A model generated the notes under the pieces. That model saw only the letters and a list, made by a program, of their open reading frames with translations, had not been told where the DNA came from and ran no database searches. A DNA stretch of 64,000 bases from IMG/VR virus record IMGVR_UViG_3300031695_000001. The stretch is one strand, 5' to 3'. Each line of letters begins with the position of its first letter. The first letter of the stretch is position 1. This DNA comes from a virus. Shown piece by piece: positions 18,394-28,505 of this stretch. Both the position numbers and the translations under genes were made by a program.

Positions 18394-18653
18394 ATATTAC
18401 GCAAGCGCCGCGTCCTACTTATATACCTAATGAAACTATTAGACCAAGTGTACCGAAAGAAGATGTACATTGTGTGGACGAAAGACGGCAACAAGTAGTA
18501 TCACAAGTTAAAGTAGTACAAGAACTGTACAGTGAGAAAGCAAATAGAATTTTAGAAGAATCACGCAAAGCACAAGTACTAAGCTACGAAGCTAATGGCA
18601 AGCGTAGATTAGAAACAATACAACAAGGCACTATATTGGACGTAAAAGTATGA
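18390..18653 (+). CDS. hypothetical protein
   Basis: 87 aa, GTG start with GGAG RBS, overlapping both neighbours (GTGA/ATGA coupling). Confidence 0.55.
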   Translation: MNITQAPRPTYIPNETIRPSVPKEDVHCVDERRQQVVSQVKVVQELYSEKANRILEESRKAQVLSYEANGKRRLETIQQGTILDVKV

Positions 18654-19477
18654 AAATTTTAGTTACTGGAAGTGATGGATTTATTGGTCAAAATCTTGTT
18701 ACACACTTAATGAGTGAAGGACACGGTGTTGCCGAATACGAGTATGTAGAAAACACTGTTCCTGACTGTAGTCAGTTTGATAGAGTTATACATATGGGTG
18801 CAATTAGCAGTACTACCGAAACTGATGTTGAAAAGGTAATGAAGCAAAATTTAGACTTTAGCACTAAGCTATTGCAAGTTTGCGACATGCAAGGTGTTGA
18901 TTTAATTTATGCATCTAGTGCCAGTGTATATGGACCTACTACACATTTTACAGAAGATGGCCCGTTGCTACCGCAATCTCCATATGCTTGGAGCAAATAC
19001 TTATTTGATCGCGATGTGCAAAAATTAGATTGGAGTGAATACCAATGTAAAATACAAGGGTTGCGTTTCTTTAACGTTTACGGCGAACATGAGGATCATA
19101 AAGGTTTTCAAATGAGCGTATTTCATAAGTTTAAAGAGCAAGCAATTAGCACAGGCAAAGTTAATCCATTTGCAGGTAGTGATGATATATGTAGAGACTT
19201 TATATACGTAGGCGACATTTGTAAAATTATTTCAAAATTGTTAGTCACTGACGAAAGCGGAATATGGAATGTAGGCATGGGCAAAGCAACTAGCTTCGGT
19301 AGTGTTGCTAAATGTATTGCTGACAAATATAATGCTACTATAGAAGAAATACCAATACCTGATAGTGTAAAGAATCAGTATCAGTCGTTTACAAAAAGTA
19401 ACAACGATAAATTATTAAACACAATAGGTGAATTTAAATTCACTACACCATTTGAATGGATTGAGGAGAATAAATAA
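18650..19477 (+). CDS. hldD: ADP-L-glycero-D-manno-heptose 6-epimerase
   Basis: VTGSDGFIGQNL, HMGAISSTTE, YASSASVYG, YAWSK, LRFFNVYG..E.HKG, RDFIYV, YQSFT. Confidence 0.88.
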   Translation: MKILVTGSDGFIGQNLVTHLMSEGHGVAEYEYVENTVPDCSQFDRVIHMGAISSTTETDVEKVMKQNLDFSTKLLQVCDMQGVDLIYASSASVYGPTTHFTEDGPLLPQSPYAWSKYLFDRDVQKLDWSEYQCKIQGLRFFNVYGEHEDHKGFQMSVFHKFKEQAISTGKVNPFAGSDDICRDFIYVGDICKIISKLLVTDESGIWNVGMGKATSFGSVAKCIADKYNATIEEIPIPDSVKNQYQSFTKSNNDKLLNTIGEFKFTTPFEWIEENK

Positions 19478-19896
19478 TGGCTGAACAACCTACAAGACTA
19501 GAAGGCAAAGTAGACAAAGGCTGGGGATACGAAATTATCTGGGCAACCAATGACAAGTATTGTGGTAAAATTATGGTCTTTGAAAAGAAGGGCAATAAAT
19601 TTAGTATGCACTTTCATCGAGAAAAAGATGAAACATGGTTTGTAAATGAAGGAAGTTTTGCTGTTAGGTGGTTAGATACTAAGACAGCTACACTGTTTAC
19701 ACATACACTGACTCAGGGAATGACTTGGCACAATCCTCCGTTACGCCCACATCAGTTAGAAGCATTAGAAGATGGAAGTAGTGTTACTGAAGTTAGTACA
19801 GCGGACAGTGTTGAAGACAATTATAGAATTATTCCTGGAGATAGTCAAGCTGGAATGCACGAGCAACTTAAAGAAGAAAGTGTATCTGATGAGTAG
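19477..19896 (+). CDS. cupin-fold sugar isomerase-like protein
   Basis: KGWGYE.IW, FSMHFHREKDETW, PH.LEA, EVST....EDNYR. Confidence 0.7.
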   Translation: MAEQPTRLEGKVDKGWGYEIIWATNDKYCGKIMVFEKKGNKFSMHFHREKDETWFVNEGSFAVRWLDTKTATLFTHTLTQGMTWHNPPLRPHQLEALEDGSSVTEVSTADSVEDNYRIIPGDSQAGMHEQLKEESVSDE

Positions 19897-20533
19897 TCCG
19901 TCGATTGTATGGAGCAACGATGTTGACATTGATGCTTTAAAAGAGTTTCATCATCCTGATTATATTGCACCTAAGTGTGTAGTTGGACTAGATAGAGATG
20001 GTGTTATAAACGTAAATAATGACGACTATGTTTCTAGAGTTTCTGACTGGGAATTTGAAGAAGGCAGTCTAGATGCAATTGTTCGTATACGCAAACACGG
20101 TCATAAAATTGTAATACTTACAAACCAAGGTGGTATTGAAAGGGGATTGTATACTGAACAAGATGTAGAAAAAGTACACGCCCACATGTTTTCAGAACTC
20201 GGCAAAGCAGGGTGTCCTAGCATAGACGGGTTGTATTATAGTGCTAGTAGCCACAAAACAAATATGTATGCAAAGCCCAATGTTGGGATGTTTAAGCGAT
20301 GTGAAAAAGAAGTAAAACATATAAAATTTTCAAAGGGCTACTATGCTGGAGACAGTATTAGAGATTTAAAAGCCGCTATGAAAGTTGGTGCTAAACCTGT
20401 TCTTATTCGTACTGGACACGGCAAGGATACTGAAGAGCTTGTAAACAAACGATTTTCATACAAGCAAATTAAAAAAGCAATGATAGTATTTGATAATCTT
20501 GCAGCCTTTGCTGATTGGTTAGAAACAAAATGA
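19889..20533 (+). CDS. gmhB: D-glycero-D-manno-heptose-1,7-bisphosphate phosphatase (HAD)
   Basis: LDRDGVIN, TNQGGI, KPNVGMF, GDSIRDLKAA, LIRTGHG; likely start at ATG 19889. Confidence 0.85.
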   Translation: MSSPSIVWSNDVDIDALKEFHHPDYIAPKCVVGLDRDGVINVNNDDYVSRVSDWEFEEGSLDAIVRIRKHGHKIVILTNQGGIERGLYTEQDVEKVHAHMFSELGKAGCPSIDGLYYSASSHKTNMYAKPNVGMFKRCEKEVKHIKFSKGYYAGDSIRDLKAAMKVGAKPVLIRTGHGKDTEELVNKRFSYKQIKKAMIVFDNLAAFADWLETK

Positions 20534-21060
20534 TAATTGTTCGAGATGATTTAATTCCTCAACAACTTCAGGATCATCTCGAACTATTAGTATTTGGTGC
20601 TGAAGATATTCATGCATTGCTACCACTAACATGTAAACAGGAAACAACAGCAAACGACGGAATTAATCCGTTACCGACTAGTTTTCAGCATGTATTAAAA
20701 AGCAGTACTAAGCTAACTGACTATTACGGTACCTTTAGTAAAATACCTCAACTTGTACTAGATAAACTAGAAGTTCGTTGGGTCGATATAATACAAGCAA
20801 GATTGTTTATTACAGTTCCGCATAAAACTAAACTGCCTCACTATAAGCCGCACACAGATAGAAACGAAGATCATTTAGCACTAATATATTATGTAAATGA
20901 TTCAGACGGTGACACTGTGTTTTTTGAAAATGACAAAATAGTTAAAAGAGTATCACCTAAAAAAGGTCGAGTCATAGTGTTTGACGGAAGTCATTTGCAT
21001 GCCGGCGGCTTTCCAACCGACATACCACGCTGTATTGTAAACTACAACATACACGCTTAG
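20530..21060 (+). CDS. 2OG-Fe(II) oxygenase
   Basis: PHTD, IYYVNDSDGDT, PKKGR..FDG..LHA, RCIVNYN. Confidence 0.8.
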   Translation: MIIVRDDLIPQQLQDHLELLVFGAEDIHALLPLTCKQETTANDGINPLPTSFQHVLKSSTKLTDYYGTFSKIPQLVLDKLEVRWVDIIQARLFITVPHKTKLPHYKPHTDRNEDHLALIYYVNDSDGDTVFFENDKIVKRVSPKKGRVIVFDGSHLHAGGFPTDIPRCIVNYNIHA

Positions 21061-24000
21061 GCCTGCGCTTCGCCCCATCTAAGAATAATATTTGTCAACA
21101 CGTCTGAACCAGCAGTTTTGTATATGTTAATAGCTAAAACATCTGGACCATTTGGGAATGTACCTCTACCACCTAATGTAGTATTTGTAAGTTCCTTCAA
21201 ACTTGTAAGATCTAATGACGCTCTTTCATTTGGTGTTGCAATAAACGATAGTACAGTTTCGCCTGGTTGGGCAAATGGTGGTTGAACAAACTGTAATATA
21301 ATAGTACCACTACCACCTGGGAACGTGCCAACCATTGCATTATTAAACGTTAGTTCGTAATAAGCAGTTCCAGCAAAGTTTAATGATACAATGTTGTTAA
21401 CCAATGTACCTGAGGGGAACGTTGGATTAGTTGTATTGCCCGATATAGCAGTACCGTTAGCACCGCCTGATGCTTCCCAACTTGCCGCTGATACTAGCGC
21501 ACTGTTAGTATTTGAAACTGCTCCACCTTTTGTTAATGTTACATGGTTTGAACTGTTTGCACTGATTGACCCTGATGTCCGTCTACTTAATCTAAAGTAA
21601 CCATAACTGCCGGAGGAAGCAATGTATGCATCTTGTACTGTTGTGTTAGATTGAATGTTAGTTCCAGATATTGGTACACCAATAACAGATTCAGTTTCGT
21701 ATGTTCCAAATGTAGCTCTAAAATCAACAGCATTAATATACAAGTACTGACTATTATTACCTGTATTATATATTCCACTGTCTAATACCGCAGTAATTGG
21801 AGTAAGTGCATTAAGTGTAGTTTCTGTCGCTGCCGCACCAGTTGACCATGTAATACCAGCACCAGACGCAATCTGTGCAAAGCTAGGTTGTCCACCTTGT
21901 GCAAGTCCTGATAATCCTGTCCAGTTAACCAGTGACGGGTTAGTTGGATAGTTTTGTGGGTTAAGTACCCCTTCAACAACAATGCCGCCTGTGCTAGTTT
22001 CTGAAGTAATTTCTAGTCCTGTTAGTAATAGCTGTGCTCTGTTTAGTAGTTCTCTTTCACCCAAGTCACCTACAATAGCGTTTGACACACTAGGTGCTAG
22101 TCTAATCATAAATGCTGTTTGTCTTGTTGTACTAACAGTAATAGCTTGTTCAGCGTATGAGAAAATATAACCACGATCTTCATCAAAGCCGCCGTCTGTT
22201 ATAAATGCACTACCCCAGTGACTAATTAACGGTGTTGTTGTATTACTAACTAACACAACTCCAACACTTGCGGCATGTACTGCTGCCGGACCAGCGGTGT
22301 ACGTTCTTGCCGCACCTGCTTGGAAGTTTGTTAAGCCTGCCGCTCTAGTGCAGCCTGTTAGTGTATTATTTGATTCGGTTCTGCCAGTATAAGTTATAAG
22401 CTCGTTGTTAATAAACAATGTACCTGCGTTTGGAAAGAAGTCTACATCGTCTAAATTTAGTGTTGTATCAGCAATAGCTACTGCTGTTCTTAATTTACCC
22501 ATTGCACCTTCGTTAGTAACTTCATAACGCACAGGTAAGTTACCTGATCTCATAAATGCTTCTGTGTTAATGTTTGAGTTACGCATTCTGTGAGCATACA
22601 CAAAGTTACCATCTGCTCCACGTACCATAAAGTCAATAAAACCAGCACCGTACCATGAATATTCAATTCCGATCATTTGCATCTTTGATATTTCTAATGC
22701 ATAACCACTTGGGCCAGTTCCGTCCATTCTGTCTAGATTAAAGTCAGCTTGTCTAACTTTCTTATCACTTACTAAACAAACTTTTGCACCTAGTGCAGTG
22801 TTTACTCCGCGATAGTCCGGAGTAACGTTAATTTCTGTTTGGCTATTAACATGCGAAACAACATGCGTCATTCCTCTAATAACAATTCTGTCACCAGTTT
22901 TTAATTGATCTTGGAAGCGGGTGTTTAACCCAGTTACTACGTTTGTATCTGGTGCAATAGTTGCAGTACCAGCAGTTTGCTTAGTTGAAGTACGCTGATT
23001 AACTAATAAGTTAGTACCATCATACTCCCAATAAATTCCGTTTTGGTCATCAAACACACCTGAGCGTACTGTAGCACCGTGCCATTGCTTAGTTGAAACT
23101 TGTGCATTAAAACTTAATGTTGCCGTAGTTGCGCCTAATCTTAAATTTGCTGTAACTTCAAATGTACGTTCATCTATAATATCATTAACTGTATATGTAC
23201 TATTATATCCTGCTGTAGTAATACCAATAATATTAACTATGCCGCCAATTTGTAGTCCGTGATCGTTATCGTCACATGTTACAGTAATAGTCGATCCTGT
23301 TTCTAATCCAGACGATGTACATGAACGTAGATCGTAACTTGGAGCAAATAACGCACCAGTTGTATACATAATACCCTTACCTGATTGGTAACGAATATAC
23401 TTTTTACTTTGACGTATTGCTTGTGCGCCATGTTGTGGTCCACCTGTGCCTAATTGCACACCACCGTCATATGGTCTGTGAATAAAGAAGCTGTCTGGTC
23501 TCGGATACACAGTAGCGTTAACAATATTAGTAGCATCTGTAACAATTGCACCAACTGCACGAGCTGTGTAGTCTAACGAGCTTTTAGTTGGAATTGCTAT
23601 AGCTAAGAATGATCCAGCCGCTAAGTTGTGATTATTTGAATTATTATCACTTGATACTGTTGTAATAAATGTATCACCTGGTACTAGTCCATGTGGGCTA
23701 TCAAACGTAATTCTCATAGTAGCTAGTGCTTCGAACGTAATATTTGCAAGTAAAGCTAATTGTGCTGTTACTGCCGCATCGATTGTTATAGTTGAATACA
23801 ATGCTAAATCATCTCCAGCATATGCATCGCCCAAAGCTGTGTATGTTACAACTGAACCAGAACTATCAATACTCGCAACTGATATTGTAATATCATGTAC
23901 TGTAGGAGATCCGCCTAGACTTCCACCTCCAATTAATAATCTATTACCAACCGCATACCCATTACCAGGGTTGCCACCGCTAATAGTATATGTACCTATT

Positions 24001-27000
24001 GAACTGTCAGCACTTGTACCGTCTCTTAGGATGTTAAAGTTTGCGCCGTTACCTGATAGTGCGGCAGAGTTTACAACTACACCAGTAAAGCTCGCATCAC
24101 CAGATGTACCAGTACCTGAACTAGATACTGCTGTAATAGCTCCTGTGCCGCTGACTGCTGTTACTGTAATAGTAGCATCGTTAGCTGGCGTAGCACCTGC
24201 AAGCAAGTTACCAACTATAGTAAACTTTTGGTTTGCAACAAAGCCGCTACCGCCGCCACCAACACTGACAGTATATGCTTGACTTGCTAATGCAACGTTA
24301 AATGTTGCTCCTGAACCTAGTAACGGAGATGATGTTGCTCCTGCTTGTGCTCCTGCGTTGTTTGCCGCACCAGAAACAGTTGCAGTAGTTATTGCTCCAG
24401 AGCCGTCAACAGCGGTTATTGTAACTGTAGCATCGTTTGCTGTTGTAGCACCGCCTAAGTTTGTACCTAATATTGTTAATGTTTCGTTTGCTACATAGTT
24501 TGTGCCAACACCGTTTAATACAATAGAATATGTTGCACCTGTGCGAGTTACATCAAAAGTTGCAGCCGAACCACTACCGCCAGTTGCCGCAACACCAGTA
24601 TAACTAGCTGTAGCATCTGGTGCAGTACCTGTGATAGTTGTACCTGTTATGTATCCGCCAGCGCCTATACTAGTAACTAGTATAATCATGTCGTTAGTAC
24701 CAAAGACGCCGCCAGTAAATTGATTACCTACAATTTGTAATCTGTCATTTACAACATATCCACTAGTGCCGCGCAATGCTGTACCTGCCGCTGAGAATGT
24801 TAATAGCGGTCCTACAGTAAGTGTTGAGTCATTATCAACATCTGTTACAGTTAACACTATGTCGTTAGTAGGTGTCGCTCCTCCTAGAGATGTACCTGGA
24901 ATTGTTATAGTTTGGTTAGGAGCAAATTCGTCTCCAGCACCAACTAATGTTACTGAATACGCTACTCCGCTTACTGCTACATTAAATGTTGCACCTGCAC
25001 CAGTTAAATTTTGTCCACTACTAATATTAGCATATAGTGTAGAGTCAACTGCTGTACCAGTTGCTGTTTGTGTAAGTATTTCACCGCCGGTATCAACAGT
25101 ATTAATAGTTATTGTACAATCATTGGCTGGACTTGTTCCGCCTAGTGCAGTACCAGCTATAGTAAGAGTATTGTTTTCAGCATATCCCGACCCTATATTT
25201 TGTATTGTTGCAGAATATACAGTGCCGTCAGCATTTATATTAAGTTGCGCACCTACACCGCTCGAACCTGTTGTAAATGCAGGGTTTGTGTATGCATTCT
25301 GTGCATTGGCTGCTGTACCTGTAACACTGTATGATGTCGGATAGCCAACTGAGTTGGCCGCTGTAATTGTTATCTCTGCATCATTTAGTGGACTTGATCC
25401 ACCTAAGTTTGTTCCAGCAATTTTAATTACATCATATACTGCATAGCCTGTTACGCCAACTTCGTTAACATCAATGACTGCTGAATAAGAGTTGTTTGTT
25501 GCTGTTAGGTTCCATTGCGCACCTGTACCTGCTCCGCCTGATGTTGTACCAGTTACACTAGTAAATGTTGGTTCTACTAATGCTCCGCTATATGCGTTAC
25601 CTGCAAATGTTACGTCCCATATGCCGCCAGCACCATTGCCGTGTAAGTACGTTGCCGCAGGAGAATTAAAGGTGCCTGTACCTGCAAAGGCTGCACCAGT
25701 TACAGCCAACGCTAATACTTCGCCGCCGGTGTCTACGTTAGTAACATTAAAAGACGCATCGTTAGCAGGACTTTCTCCGCCTAATGCATCTCCTAAAACT
25801 TGTAACTGATCGCCAACTTGATAGTTTGTTCCTGATATAAAAATATCATCAACAGTGTAGCTGCCGCCGGATCTACTAATACCTAATATTAATCCCTGGC
25901 CTAGTGATACAATATTTGTTGCACCAACGTTGTTATATTGTACGTAGTTACCTTTAAACTCTTTTGTAATTGCATCATTAAATGTAACAGTTAATCCTGA
26001 AATACTGTTAACGATCATAGCTTGACCGTCACCTCTGTTAGCACCTTGTCCTGCGGCAATTCCAGTTACACTTTGTACAACAATTTCAGTTGCGCCTTGT
26101 GCAGTGTCTGCTGTCATCACTGGGGTTACAATAATGCCGCCTGTACCGACTTTACCAGTTACCTGAGTACCAGTACTAATACCAGCTCCTGTCATAGGAG
26201 AACCAATCTCTGGTGCCGCTCCGACTGTTACATTAAACGGAATTACATCTTCGCCTATAGGCACAGTAAGTGCTGGTTGAATAGTACCACTACTACCATT
26301 ACTTTGAACAACAACGTTTGGAGATTCGCCAATTGACGCTCCTGTATAAAATCCTGCTTTACGCAACTGTGTTGATTCTACTTGTATATCAATTGTGCCG
26401 CCGTCGCCAACTTTAGCTTTTGCGTAGTATGTAAATGTAGTTTGTGAAGGAACTTCAGTAAGAATAAATGCGCCTTCGGCTCTAGCAACTCCAACAACAC
26501 TTTGATTAAGTCCTTTAACTGTAATTGCATCGCCTGCAATAAATCCGTGTGCGCCAACTGTAGTAATTGTAATAAGTGATGCACCCACTCCGCCGGTACC
26601 TGCTGAACTATCTGTTCTTACTAAAGTAGTATCAGTTTCTGTACCTGGAATTTCGTACACACTTGGATAGCCGCGCATTGTAGCAATAGCACTCCACTTA
26701 GTAGGCTGTAGTCCGTACTCAAAGTCAGCGTCTAACATACTTACAGGAGGAGCAATACGCATACGCTCAATTGCGTCTGTACCAAATTCGTACGGTCTTA
26801 CTATAAGCTCGTCTGTGTCAATAAATATTTGTAGCTCGTCTGTAGATAATGCTGTTGCTGTAGAAAAGTTTAGTTGTAACTTAGTAACTGCGTCAGTTAC
26901 TTGTAAGTATTTTTTAAAGTCTTCGTCTGCATAAAACTGTTCGCCTGATGTTCCAACATATCCGCGGAACGTTTCTGTGAAGCCGCCTTTAAGTGTTTCG

Positions 27001-28502
27001 TTAAAGGTATATATTACTTCGTTAGCCGAAGTGTTTGTAACTAGTAGTATGTCTGAGCTATCATAGTTACCAATAAACTTAACATACCCAACACCAGTGT
27101 CTACAAATGTTGGTATTGCTGTTAATCCTGTTGTAATTGTATTAACAACAATACTAACTAATTCGTCAATTCGTGTAGTTGCTGTTGAGCCTTCGTATAC
27201 TTTTGTAGCATCAGTAACTTGAGCAACAAGTCCTAATTTAGCGTAAGTTATTTCTGGTAAAACATAATCAGTAATTAAGTCACCAATAAATGCATGTGTG
27301 TCAATTTCTGGAACTCTGTTACCGTCAACTTGTGCTGTTTCTCCATCCCAATATTTTTTAGCATATGTAATAGTCTTACTATTACCGCCATAACGTAAAT
27401 CGTACAAGTATGAAGTTAAAATATATCCTAAGTCTCTTTCGCACTTTGCTTGATTGTATGTGTATGTAGATACCCAACACACTGCGGCAACTATTGCTGT
27501 TTTGTTAGTGTTAATAGCCGCGTGTGCCGTTTGTATAGTTGCACTTGCCCAAGTTACGGCAGGCAAAGTTTTAGTTATTGCATCTAATGAAGTAGCGCCG
27601 CTTTCAAGAACATCTGCAAATATATCAATAAATCCACTACAAAGCACTGCTTCAGTAGTTGTTGCATTAGTTCCACTAGTAACCTGTGTCGTTGTGTTGC
27701 CTGACGAAGCTGTAACTGTTTCGCCCTTTACAACTTTTGTAATGACTGTTTGCAAATGTCTATAAGCCGCAACTACCTGTGTTTGATGTGTGCCGCTTAA
27801 TACAACTGCAAGACTTGCTGCCGAGTTAGTAAACAGTTTAGCTAAATTATAACTTCCGCTATTTCCGCCATTTAATATATCATATACAACTGCTTCAATA
27901 GCATATCTTACGTCACATGATCCTGCTGAAACGCCGTTTGCTTGCGTTGTATCGTACGAAGCGTAATTTAAGTTAGTCCATGCAATAATTTCGTTTCTTA
28001 AAAAGTCTCTATTTGCTATAATCTTATCTTTGGCTGCAATATTAACGGCAGTAGCATCTGTCGGATTAGTATAAGTTGGGGTTGTGGCGGCTGTGATGCC
28101 ATTCTGTGAAATATCATTTACTTCAACAAAGAATGCATTTGATCTTGATACTGCTGTCGAGTCTGCGGCTACGCCTGTAAGTGCCGCAACTGCTAACTTT
28201 GCTCTAGTAATTGTTCTAAAAACTGTATTAGACAAATCTAAACTATTAGCTTGTGCGATTCCTAAAAAGTATGCGTTATAGGTTGTCCCTAAAGCTACAT
28301 CAAATGCAACTCCGTCAATCATGTACCCTATATCTCGTTGGCACTTTACAGAGTCAACAACTTCTTTGTTAAGATATGCAACACTCTCCGAAAGCAAAAA
28401 TGCTTTGTTTGCATTAAGCAATGAGTATGCGTTAGGAAATAGGTTATCTGAATATCCCATTCCCGGTTTAAATTTGTAATTATTTATTCTCTTTTTTGCC
28501 AC
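21057..28502 (-). CDS. giant virion structural protein (tail fibre/baseplate-associated), 2481 aa
   Basis: N-terminal KCxRDxGY helical repeats, central G/T-rich repeats, C-terminal lectin-like region (RYQSGKG, YSWYGAG, MRSGNLPVRYEV). GTG start. Confidence 0.7.
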   Translation of the reverse strand: MAKKRINNYKFKPGMGYSDNLFPNAYSLLNANKAFLLSESVAYLNKEVVDSVKCQRDIGYMIDGVAFDVALGTTYNAYFLGIAQANSLDLSNTVFRTITRAKLAVAALTGVAADSTAVSRSNAFFVEVNDISQNGITAATTPTYTNPTDATAVNIAAKDKIIANRDFLRNEIIAWTNLNYASYDTTQANGVSAGSCDVRYAIEAVVYDILNGGNSGSYNLAKLFTNSAASLAVVLSGTHQTQVVAAYRHLQTVITKVVKGETVTASSGNTTTQVTSGTNATTTEAVLCSGFIDIFADVLESGATSLDAITKTLPAVTWASATIQTAHAAINTNKTAIVAAVCWVSTYTYNQAKCERDLGYILTSYLYDLRYGGNSKTITYAKKYWDGETAQVDGNRVPEIDTHAFIGDLITDYVLPEITYAKLGLVAQVTDATKVYEGSTATTRIDELVSIVVNTITTGLTAIPTFVDTGVGYVKFIGNYDSSDILLVTNTSANEVIYTFNETLKGGFTETFRGYVGTSGEQFYADEDFKKYLQVTDAVTKLQLNFSTATALSTDELQIFIDTDELIVRPYEFGTDAIERMRIAPPVSMLDADFEYGLQPTKWSAIATMRGYPSVYEIPGTETDTTLVRTDSSAGTGGVGASLITITTVGAHGFIAGDAITVKGLNQSVVGVARAEGAFILTEVPSQTTFTYYAKAKVGDGGTIDIQVESTQLRKAGFYTGASIGESPNVVVQSNGSSGTIQPALTVPIGEDVIPFNVTVGAAPEIGSPMTGAGISTGTQVTGKVGTGGIIVTPVMTADTAQGATEIVVQSVTGIAAGQGANRGDGQAMIVNSISGLTVTFNDAITKEFKGNYVQYNNVGATNIVSLGQGLILGISRSGGSYTVDDIFISGTNYQVGDQLQVLGDALGGESPANDASFNVTNVDTGGEVLALAVTGAAFAGTGTFNSPAATYLHGNGAGGIWDVTFAGNAYSGALVEPTFTSVTGTTSGGAGTGAQWNLTATNNSYSAVIDVNEVGVTGYAVYDVIKIAGTNLGGSSPLNDAEITITAANSVGYPTSYSVTGTAANAQNAYTNPAFTTGSSGVGAQLNINADGTVYSATIQNIGSGYAENNTLTIAGTALGGTSPANDCTITINTVDTGGEILTQTATGTAVDSTLYANISSGQNLTGAGATFNVAVSGVAYSVTLVGAGDEFAPNQTITIPGTSLGGATPTNDIVLTVTDVDNDSTLTVGPLLTFSAAGTALRGTSGYVVNDRLQIVGNQFTGGVFGTNDMIILVTSIGAGGYITGTTITGTAPDATASYTGVAATGGSGSAATFDVTRTGATYSIVLNGVGTNYVANETLTILGTNLGGATTANDATVTITAVDGSGAITTATVSGAANNAGAQAGATSSPLLGSGATFNVALASQAYTVSVGGGGSGFVANQKFTIVGNLLAGATPANDATITVTAVSGTGAITAVSSSGTGTSGDASFTGVVVNSAALSGNGANFNILRDGTSADSSIGTYTISGGNPGNGYAVGNRLLIGGGSLGGSPTVHDITISVASIDSSGSVVTYTALGDAYAGDDLALYSTITIDAAVTAQLALLANITFEALATMRITFDSPHGLVPGDTFITTVSSDNNSNNHNLAAGSFLAIAIPTKSSLDYTARAVGAIVTDATNIVNATVYPRPDSFFIHRPYDGGVQLGTGGPQHGAQAIRQSKKYIRYQSGKGIMYTTGALFAPSYDLRSCTSSGLETGSTITVTCDDNDHGLQIGGIVNIIGITTAGYNSTYTVNDIIDERTFEVTANLRLGATTATLSFNAQVSTKQWHGATVRSGVFDDQNGIYWEYDGTNLLVNQRTSTKQTAGTATIAPDTNVVTGLNTRFQDQLKTGDRIVIRGMTHVVSHVNSQTEINVTPDYRGVNTALGAKVCLVSDKKVRQADFNLDRMDGTGPSGYALEISKMQMIGIEYSWYGAGFIDFMVRGADGNFVYAHRMRNSNINTEAFMRSGNLPVRYEVTNEGAMGKLRTAVAIADTTLNLDDVDFFPNAGTLFINNELITYTGRTESNNTLTGCTRAAGLTNFQAGAARTYTAGPAAVHAASVGVVLVSNTTTPLISHWGSAFITDGGFDEDRGYIFSYAEQAITVSTTRQTAFMIRLAPSVSNAIVGDLGERELLNRAQLLLTGLEITSETSTGGIVVEGVLNPQNYPTNPSLVNWTGLSGLAQGGQPSFAQIASGAGITWSTGAAATETTLNALTPITAVLDSGIYNTGNNSQYLYINAVDFRATFGTYETESVIGVPISGTNIQSNTTVQDAYIASSGSYGYFRLSRRTSGSISANSSNHVTLTKGGAVSNTNSALVSAASWEASGGANGTAISGNTTNPTFPSGTLVNNIVSLNFAGTAYYELTFNNAMVGTFPGGSGTIILQFVQPPFAQPGETVLSFIATPNERASLDLTSLKELTNTTLGGRGTFPNGPDVLAINIYKTAGSDVLTNIILRWGEAQA
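23830..25870 (-). repeat. 8 degenerate protein repeats (G-x-x-LGG-x-[ST]P-x-ND-x-T-I-T-V) in the 2481-aa protein
   Basis: GDALGGESPAND, GTNLGGSSPLND, GTALGGTSPAND, GTSLGGATPTND, GNQFTGGVFGTND, GTNLGGATTAND, GNLLAGATPAND, GGSLGGSPTVHD. Confidence 0.8.
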
Positions 28503-28505
28503 GTT

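Noticed and set aside
19470-19476. ATAAATA immediately before the cupin ATG
   Set aside because: Zero spacing to the ATG, and it overlaps the hldD stop just after a strong GAGGAG RBS. Most likely coincidental.
16454-21060. Heptose cluster as a host chromosomal fragment or chimeric assembly
   Set aside because: Similar base composition to the flanks, overlapping junctions with phage genes on both sides (promoter inside the NUDIX 3' end; stop overlapping the giant gene's stop), and compact phage-style gene versions.
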